The translations under genes were made by a program, and so were the position numbers. This document shows, one piece after another, positions 57,491-64,000 of a DNA stretch of 64,000 bases. The notes under the pieces are model-generated. The model searched no databases. It worked only from the letters and a program-made list of their open reading frames with translations, and was not told the DNA's origin. The DNA lies in the IMG/VR virus record IMGVR_UViG_3300012983_000042. The stretch is one strand, 5' to 3'. Origin of the DNA: an uncultured virus (IMG/VR IMGVR_UViG_3300012983_000042) (lineage: Duplodnaviria; Heunggongvirae; Uroviricota; Caudoviricetes). Numbering within the stretch: the stretch's first letter is position 1; every line of letters starts with the position of its first letter.

Positions 57491-60050
57491 TCAAACACTC
57501 CTTAATAGATGAAACCAACTTTTCTAAGTTTACACCTTTATTTGATAGAATCAACTTGATGTACAAGTAGCCTTCTTCAGCAAATCCATCTTTACCAAAA
57601 GTGGCATACATACGCTTATCATCGCATCGGAATAGGTCTAATGCTTTAAAGATGATTCCTGCTTCCCACTTGCCATAACCTTCATAAGGTGCATTACAAT
57701 TCACCCATCTCGTTACGACATTTGATGGAGCTATACCTGCGTACACATTCACGTCTTTCAAAGTTCCATCTTTGTTCAAATCGAAGTCGTTTCCTTCTTC
57801 ATCTTCTAAGTCAAAGTAAAAGTTGTTCATTCTTGGACACTTAAACCTCAATGTCAACATTTGAGGTGAACTCTTCTTTGAATAGTCAGGACCAATAAAC
57901 AACGATTGATAGTTCGTTTTAGCTAAAATAGCTTTATGGTCTTTCACCTGAGCTTCACCGTCATACTTCCCTACTAAGGCAACTGAAGGATCATACACAG
58001 AGAATACATCAGTGCTATTGTCGATTGGGACCATTGAGCCGCTTTCTTGCACAACTCTGTAGACTTCTTCTGTAGAGTTGTCAATGTTGATGTAGTCGCT
58101 TTGTCCTTCAAATGTTTCATAAGCTTTCCAATTGGAAATCTTTGCTGTGAAAGCAACTATGCCAAAGAAGTCTTCTATGTTCATTATGATAGTCTTATAT
58201 GTCATTAAGCCGCCTGACACATCATCAAGCTGTAGTTCGTAATCTTTTCCTAGACAGTTGAAGTTGTTCACAGTAAGTGGTGAAAAGCGACTTTTGAATG
58301 TCTTTGCAACAACTTGTACTGAGAGCTTAGGCTCTCCCCGATAGACACTAACACCAGATGTAAAGCTGTTTGGTGTAGGCTGCTCAATGATGTTGAATGA
58401 ACAAGTTGGTGTAAAGTCTTCGTATGTGTTAAACTCTAGAACATCAGATTTTGTCTGCTCTCCAGAGTTGATGTTTTCTTGGATAAAATAGATTGTGTGG
58501 TGGCCTTCACTGATGTTGCTAACACGATAAGCAAAAGAGAAGCCTTTGTAGTAGCCTTGGAAAGTCTTGAACTTCGGGTAAGCATCACCAACATAAGTAA
58601 CATTGAAGTTGCCATACTGACCAACAGTGAATGCTCTTTCGGCATCATCATAGGCCTTTAATGACTCAACTTCAACATCGTCAATGTATGCACGAATCAT
58701 CGAACCATCAAGATAGATGACATCAGCTGTTTGGATGACTGTGACACCTGTGTTCACTTTCACGTTCTCTTTTAGAACAACATCATATGCATCAACTTTC
58801 TTTGTGACATCAGTGAACGTTGCAGTGTTGATTAGCCCCGGCTCGATAGGCTCAATAGTTCCTACACGATTGCCTACTAAGTCAAGGTCGTTCTTGTACT
58901 CTTCTAACAACTCGTTGAAAGCAATAAGTACTTCCCCGATAGTCAAAGATGACATCAGGATAGCGCCTTTGTTGAAGTCCTGATTGTCGTTGCCTTGATG
59001 AAGCTTTTGATTAGAAGCCCATACATTAGCAATGTCCTGATTGAGATCAGTGATGTCGTCCATCTTATGCTGATGCTTTTGGACGTGAGTTGCTATAGCT
59101 TCAAGTCGGCCATTCTCATTTACTATGATTGTCTCTTCATCAACTAAGTTGCTTAAATTCTTAACTAGTGTATTATAGATAGAAGAGTTGTTGATGATCT
59201 CTTTGATGAAGTCTTCTAAACCTTCAATCTGACTTACTTTGTGTTCGTGATTAGCACAGTTGCCACCTTCACCGCCATTGATGTACTCAGTTAGAACATC
59301 AGGATTGACACAAAGCTTTCCATTAGAGTCAAAGCCTAAAGAGTTTTCATCTATGTCGATAGAGTAGACAGCCCCACCTTTTGTGAATGAGATGTTGATG
59401 CCATCACCTTTAATAGGTCGGATTCTTGCAACTTCATTCTCTAATGATGCAACTTTTTGCTTAAGCTCTTTCAGCTCAGTAGTATCAAACTCTACACTTG
59501 CATCGGTGCTGCCGCCACCAATCACGCAAAGCTGACCAAGTTCGTTGACTGCAATAGTCTCTTCATCAACTTTTAAGTCGGCACTAATCTTGCCTGTCTT
59601 TGAGTCGTACTTAAGTTGTATAGGATTTAATGTGTTGTTCTTGAAGATAGATGAAAGCTGATTAGCAATAAGCTTGTTTAAGTTTTCATCGGTGATTTGT
59701 TCAAACTTATCAAGTACTTCTTGTGGAAGATCATCGTACTCGATGTCGCTAGCAGCAACTATATTGCCTGCGTTGTCAAGCCGTACTTTTGTATAGAAGC
59801 CTGCATCTGGGACATTCTTATGGGCATCAGGATTGAAAAGAACTATGCCATTTGTGACACGCCAATAAGAACGTTCACTCAAAGTCCCTCTTGCTTCGCA
59901 TATGTAGATAAGCCAATTATCTTTTATAAATGATGTTGAGTTGTCTGGAATAGATCCTGACTCTGTGATGTAATATGCAGCAAAATCAAGGTCTTTTACA
60001 TCAGGCAATGCACCTGATGTAGGTGTCCAAACTCCATAAAAAGTATTCAT
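57477..60050 (-). CDS. fibre-like virion protein
   Basis: FYGVWTP, YTKVRLD, VDEETI.VNE.G.L repeats, HxH..xI..L tail repeats, shared C-domain (PYEG...ATFG...LYIKL). Confidence 0.65.
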   Translation of the reverse strand: MNTFYGVWTPTSGALPDVKDLDFAAYYITESGSIPDNSTSFIKDNWLIYICEARGTLSERSYWRVTNGIVLFNPDAHKNVPDAGFYTKVRLDNAGNIVAASDIEYDDLPQEVLDKFEQITDENLNKLIANQLSSIFKNNTLNPIQLKYDSKTGKISADLKVDEETIAVNELGQLCVIGGGSTDASVEFDTTELKELKQKVASLENEVARIRPIKGDGINISFTKGGAVYSIDIDENSLGFDSNGKLCVNPDVLTEYINGGEGGNCANHEHKVSQIEGLEDFIKEIINNSSIYNTLVKNLSNLVDEETIIVNENGRLEAIATHVQKHQHKMDDITDLNQDIANVWASNQKLHQGNDNQDFNKGAILMSSLTIGEVLIAFNELLEEYKNDLDLVGNRVGTIEPIEPGLINTATFTDVTKKVDAYDVVLKENVKVNTGVTVIQTADVIYLDGSMIRAYIDDVEVESLKAYDDAERAFTVGQYGNFNVTYVGDAYPKFKTFQGYYKGFSFAYRVSNISEGHHTIYFIQENINSGEQTKSDVLEFNTYEDFTPTCSFNIIEQPTPNSFTSGVSVYRGEPKLSVQVVAKTFKSRFSPLTVNNFNCLGKDYELQLDDVSGGLMTYKTIIMNIEDFFGIVAFTAKISNWKAYETFEGQSDYINIDNSTEEVYRVVQESGSMVPIDNSTDVFSVYDPSVALVGKYDGEAQVKDHKAILAKTNYQSLFIGPDYSKKSSPQMLTLRFKCPRMNNFYFDLEDEEGNDFDLNKDGTLKDVNVYAGIAPSNVVTRWVNCNAPYEGYGKWEAGIIFKALDLFRCDDKRMYATFGKDGFAEEGYLYIKLILSNKGVNLEKLVSSIKECLNERR

Positions 60051-60064
60051 AATAATTAGTATGA

Positions 60065-61432
60065 TTATGACTCTGTAGCAGTTATATAAATATTTTCAAT
60101 TTGGCGAAATGTATTATCATCTTGTTTTGGTGCTACTACACCATCGTATGTTGTTGCATTATGTTTTGAGATATCTTCAGATTTTTCATCAGATAGCGTA
60201 ACATAATATGCATTATCTACGTTTTTATAAACGCCGCCGAAATAAGGAAAATTATAGAATTCTTTATTTTCTGTGTAAACTTCTATAGTATCTTTTCCAT
60301 CGAGGTCAGTATTGTCTAACTCTTTTAATGTGTTATTACTAAGAACGAAAAGACTTGAGTAAGAAGTTTTATAATTTTTTACTATAGTATTATTTCTAGG
60401 TTTAGTTGCACATTCGCCCACAAAAGCATAGACATAGTCATCGCTTTTCTTTTGAAAAAAACGATAAAGTTTATCGTTGAATATGGGTTCGCCTTCTTTT
60501 ATATATTCGCTATCTTCCAAAAATTCGAATGTGTTTTCACCAAAACAGGGATTTAGACTTGAACAGTTTTCGTTTTCATAAGCAACAAATCCATTTTTAA
60601 GCTTTTCAGTATCGTCCACTGCAACATCTCTACTGACTTCTACAAGGTAATCTTTAATTCTTTTATATAAATTAGCGTTAAGTGGCACATTATACTGTAT
60701 AATATCAATAAGAGATGATTGATTATAAACAAACATAAATCCTTCTTCAGCAGTGTATGAGCTTGCGACATCAAGCTCATTATAGTTATTATCGTTAACA
60801 TCTCTAGAGTCAGGCGCAATATCTCTCATTTCCGGTCTTACTAACTCTTGCAATTTACCATTATAAAATGTTCCGTAATCTGAGTTATTATAATCAACTT
60901 TGCTATCAACTACTTTATACGCTGTAATGTCTTTGCCTTCAGCTTTTGTGCGAGTAAATTCTTTCATATTACCAGTCACTCTGAAAAAAAGACTTTTATT
61001 GATAGTTTTATCTTCAAATGTAAACTTTACAATAGTTGCGTTTTCACTATCACCTGAAAGAATGAGTGAAGGCTTCTCAGGTATATCTGCTGTTGTGTTT
61101 TCGCTTAAGTGATTCTCTGCTGCTTCCTTGACTTTATCAGGAAACGCCTTTGAACCATCATATGTCTTCTCATTTAATTTATATGTGACTGTATATTCAC
61201 CGTCATTTTGCTTTGTTGCTTCAACGCTAAATTGACTAGATCTTACTGTGTATATTTCACGGTCGTCAGATTCGAGACCTGCAATCGTTTTCTGAAATAT
61301 TTCATTATTTTTAATATCAAGTGAAACAGGACTACCATTTTTATATAAGGCAAACAAAGTATCATTTGTTTCGTCTTGATTTAAAACACTTTCATTTTTA
61401 TATATGCCACGAATAAACTTAAATTCTCTCAT
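60065..61432 (-). CDS. hypothetical protein in the structural cluster
   Basis: 455 aa, GGAG SD. Confidence 0.7.
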   Translation of the reverse strand: MREFKFIRGIYKNESVLNQDETNDTLFALYKNGSPVSLDIKNNEIFQKTIAGLESDDREIYTVRSSQFSVEATKQNDGEYTVTYKLNEKTYDGSKAFPDKVKEAAENHLSENTTADIPEKPSLILSGDSENATIVKFTFEDKTINKSLFFRVTGNMKEFTRTKAEGKDITAYKVVDSKVDYNNSDYGTFYNGKLQELVRPEMRDIAPDSRDVNDNNYNELDVASSYTAEEGFMFVYNQSSLIDIIQYNVPLNANLYKRIKDYLVEVSRDVAVDDTEKLKNGFVAYENENCSSLNPCFGENTFEFLEDSEYIKEGEPIFNDKLYRFFQKKSDDYVYAFVGECATKPRNNTIVKNYKTSYSSLFVLSNNTLKELDNTDLDGKDTIEVYTENKEFYNFPYFGGVYKNVDNAYYVTLSDEKSEDISKHNATTYDGVVAPKQDDNTFRQIENIYITATES

Positions 61433-61442
61433 CTTAACTCCC

Positions 61443-63998
61443 TTAATATATTCTTACAATGTAACTATCATCATCAAGTGAAGATGCATTGTTATTAGAT
61501 CCATAATGGAATGATTGATTTTCATAAAAGTCATCAGCTCTTATAGAAGAATCATAAGGCACATACGCAGTATACATAAGATGGTCGACATAATCACTGA
61601 GAGTAACTTCAATCATTGACTCACCACAATACATAACGCTGTTATCCGCTATTATAATCTTTCCTGTAGGAGAATTAGAAGATTCACCTTCTTTGAACTT
61701 GCATTCTCTCTCCTGCATATCATATCCATTCCAATCGCTGCCGTTGCGTACAAACTGAATAGCATTTTTACTTGCCTTAATGTCGTCACATTTCATATAA
61801 GCCATCATCGCAGCAAGTTTTCTGTTGTTCTGAATTGCAGCTGTCATTTCTCTTTGTAATTCAGCAACTGCTTCACTAACAAGACTTTCAACAGATTTTT
61901 GAGTTGCAAGTACGACACCTTCTGCATCTTTGTCATTTTTGACATCTGTCACTGTAGAGCCAGTAAGCTGTTTGTAAACTTCATCTTCACCAGTTTCGTA
62001 TTTTTTAAAGTCTTCAAACTTAGCAGAATCATCATCAACGTTTTCCAAAGATTTTGTAATTGCATCTGAAGCAACTTCAAGCTTTCCGATTCTTTCGAAA
62101 ACAGTTCCATTATCATCTGAAGCGCCAAGTTTACTATTTATTGCTTCAATGTTATTTTCATTAGCAGTTATTCTTTTTTCAGCTACATCAATATCATCTT
62201 CATTTGTTTTCAAGCGAGCAGTGATAGTTCTTGTTATATTAGCACCAGTGTTATCAAATGTATAGTCGTCACCGATAGCTTTCCAGATACGATTGTCATT
62301 TTCAATGCGTACATCTCTGTCCTCAAGAACCTCTTTCTTGAAGTCCATCAAAGCTTCATCAATTTTTGCAGAGTATTCAAGCAACTTTTTAATTGAAGTA
62401 ATTACTTTGTAAGAACTAAATGCATCTGCATACGCACTTAGTACTGATATGTTTTCTTTTCCGTCTTTAACATTTCTATATTTTGTATCTGCTGTAATAG
62501 CATCTTGTTTGCCTTTACTATAAGGCGAGTCGTCTCTATCGCCATTAGGTTTTTCTTCATAAAGCAAACTTGCTATATCAGTTGTGTTAAAGTATGCTTG
62601 AAGCGCGATAGCTGATAAGTAGTAACGATTGCCTGACAAAGTATGGTATCTATTTTGAACACCACCATTAACATCGCTGTTTATAGAAACTTTAACACCA
62701 TTGTTTTCTGTTGAACCCTCTGTAGTTGTTGAGCCCCAAAGCTCAGATGCAACAGCGTCTGTTGTGTCACCGAAAGTAAAGTAGCCATCAAAGTAATTTT
62801 TATCTTTTGTAGAACCAAAACCAATGTACTTGTAAATTGCACTAACAGTGTTTTCGAGGATGTCGATTCTTGAAAGAGGATGGTCATCACCACTTTGTGC
62901 AATAAACTTGCTTCGTCTTCCCATACCAAGAAGTGAATTGTTAGTTGTATCTTTAGTCGCAACAGTTACTCTCGGAGATTGAGGATCATAACGTAAAGTA
63001 CTATAACCTGACATTTTGTCATAAGCGGCATTGTTTGTGGTACCGTCAGTATTTACAACTTTTGGCACATTGTAAAGTTGAGTATATAAGCAGTCAAGAA
63101 CTGATACGCCTTCTGCAGGTGACTTTGTAAAGTTGTCAGCTTTTTCATATGCAGTCTTGAAGTGTTCATATGTTGTATGATTATTTGTATCATCTGATGC
63201 AGGCTCAATATCAGCACCATAAAGCAACTTAAGAACTGCTTTCATATCAGATGTTACGGTATAATCTTTTGTATGTGATGGAATCTCTTCACCAAGAGCT
63301 TCATATGTTTCTTTGTTCTTATTAGTGTCAAGGTAATCATCATAGTCAGGACCAAGTACAACTTCGTTATACTTCAATGCCCATTCATTGTTCTTGATAC
63401 GTTTTACTGCATCATAGATGATGTTGTAAAGGTCAAGTTCAGTATTCTTGTTGTCTTTACCTTGAATGTTTTTAATGCTTTCTGCTTTAATGTTTTTCTT
63501 TCTTTCAGTTGCATAGAAGCCATTCTTTTCAAATGTAATGCCGAAAACGTTCTCAACATAATTGAAGAAGTCATCGATTGATGTTACATTATGATAAGGT
63601 GAAGCATCGGTTCTTGCAGTGATAGTTCTAAAGTCAAGTTGATTTTGAACTTTCAAAGAAAGAAGTTGAAGCACTTTTTCTATAGTGTCAAGGCGTGAAA
63701 CAATAGTCTCGTGATTAAGAGTAAGTTTATTGTTATCAAAGTAGTCAGCAGGATTGTATGATATGCCAACTACTTCATTGTTGTCTTTACCAACTTTATA
63801 GCCGTCTTCAGTGGTGTCACGGTCTTGCCATCTTATAAGATTTGTCTTAACAAGCTTTTTCTCATCGCCTGCAATCAACGCAACTATAACGTCTATAATA
63901 GATGCAACTTCATCAATCTCTTGTAAGCTTTCAGGTGAGAGAGCTGCAACTTCAGTTGGCTTTTTACCTTCATCTTCTGAAGTAACTCTGTACTTTAA
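61443..63998 (-). CDS. large coiled-coil virion/fibre protein (partial, runs off the window end)
   Basis: Frame stays open from TTG 63878 to the window edge; RITANENNIEAI and RIGKLE fibre-like coiled-coil motifs. Confidence 0.6.
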   Translation of the reverse strand, partial: LKYRVTSEDEGKKPTEVAALSPESLQEIDEVASIIDVIVALIAGDEKKLVKTNLIRWQDRDTTEDGYKVGKDNNEVVGISYNPADYFDNNKLTLNHETIVSRLDTIEKVLQLLSLKVQNQLDFRTITARTDASPYHNVTSIDDFFNYVENVFGITFEKNGFYATERKKNIKAESIKNIQGKDNKNTELDLYNIIYDAVKRIKNNEWALKYNEVVLGPDYDDYLDTNKNKETYEALGEEIPSHTKDYTVTSDMKAVLKLLYGADIEPASDDTNNHTTYEHFKTAYEKADNFTKSPAEGVSVLDCLYTQLYNVPKVVNTDGTTNNAAYDKMSGYSTLRYDPQSPRVTVATKDTTNNSLLGMGRRSKFIAQSGDDHPLSRIDILENTVSAIYKYIGFGSTKDKNYFDGYFTFGDTTDAVASELWGSTTTEGSTENNGVKVSINSDVNGGVQNRYHTLSGNRYYLSAIALQAYFNTTDIASLLYEEKPNGDRDDSPYSKGKQDAITADTKYRNVKDGKENISVLSAYADAFSSYKVITSIKKLLEYSAKIDEALMDFKKEVLEDRDVRIENDNRIWKAIGDDYTFDNTGANITRTITARLKTNEDDIDVAEKRITANENNIEAINSKLGASDDNGTVFERIGKLEVASDAITKSLENVDDDSAKFEDFKKYETGEDEVYKQLTGSTVTDVKNDKDAEGVVLATQKSVESLVSEAVAELQREMTAAIQNNRKLAAMMAYMKCDDIKASKNAIQFVRNGSDWNGYDMQERECKFKEGESSNSPTGKIIIADNSVMYCGESMIEVTLSDYVDHLMYTAYVPYDSSIRADDFYENQSFHYGSNNNASSLDDDSYIVRIY

Positions 63999-64000
63999 TT

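Noticed and set aside
1..64000. CRISPR array, tRNA/rRNA, IS/integrase
   Set aside because: No repeat-spacer periodicity, cloverleaf or transposase/integrase motifs seen by eye; the Cas4-like nuclease is solo
1..64000. Stop-codon reassignment
   Set aside because: Code 11 gives dense, very long ORFs, and TAG terminates conserved genes (nrdD, nrdG, DnaX-like) at the expected ends

Overview
64 kb of an AT-rich, gene-dense large (jumbo-type) tailed dsDNA phage genome in the standard genetic code; there is no cellular housekeeping context. Very large virion genes (fibre-like paralogues, baseplate-like proteins, a tail-chaperone-like pair) lie mostly on the - strand. They are interleaved with DNA-metabolism genes: class III RNR nrdD/nrdG (implying an anaerobic host), Rad50/SbcC, a DnaX-type clamp loader, an HD hydrolase, a PD-(D/E)XK nuclease, a PARG-type macrodomain, ClpP and a sigma-like factor. 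There is also a DNA-modification set: an atypical C5-cytosine MTase, a T4 beta-glucosyltransferase-like protein and an apparently split N6-MTase. Non-obvious structure read from the sequence: (1) three promoter-like motif classes that sort by gene function; (2) a candidate +1 frameshift at ACC-TTT-CGA fusing two tail-assembly ORFs; (3) a perfect 36-bp inverted repeat 11.6 kb apart; (4) a shared C-terminal TGFxxF motif on two unrelated MTases; (5) a modular fibre family with N-terminal IxxARG and C-terminal GGxW ends; (6) a shared FDxxL..E motif in acidic late proteins. All family calls are by eye from recalled motifs; no searches were run.
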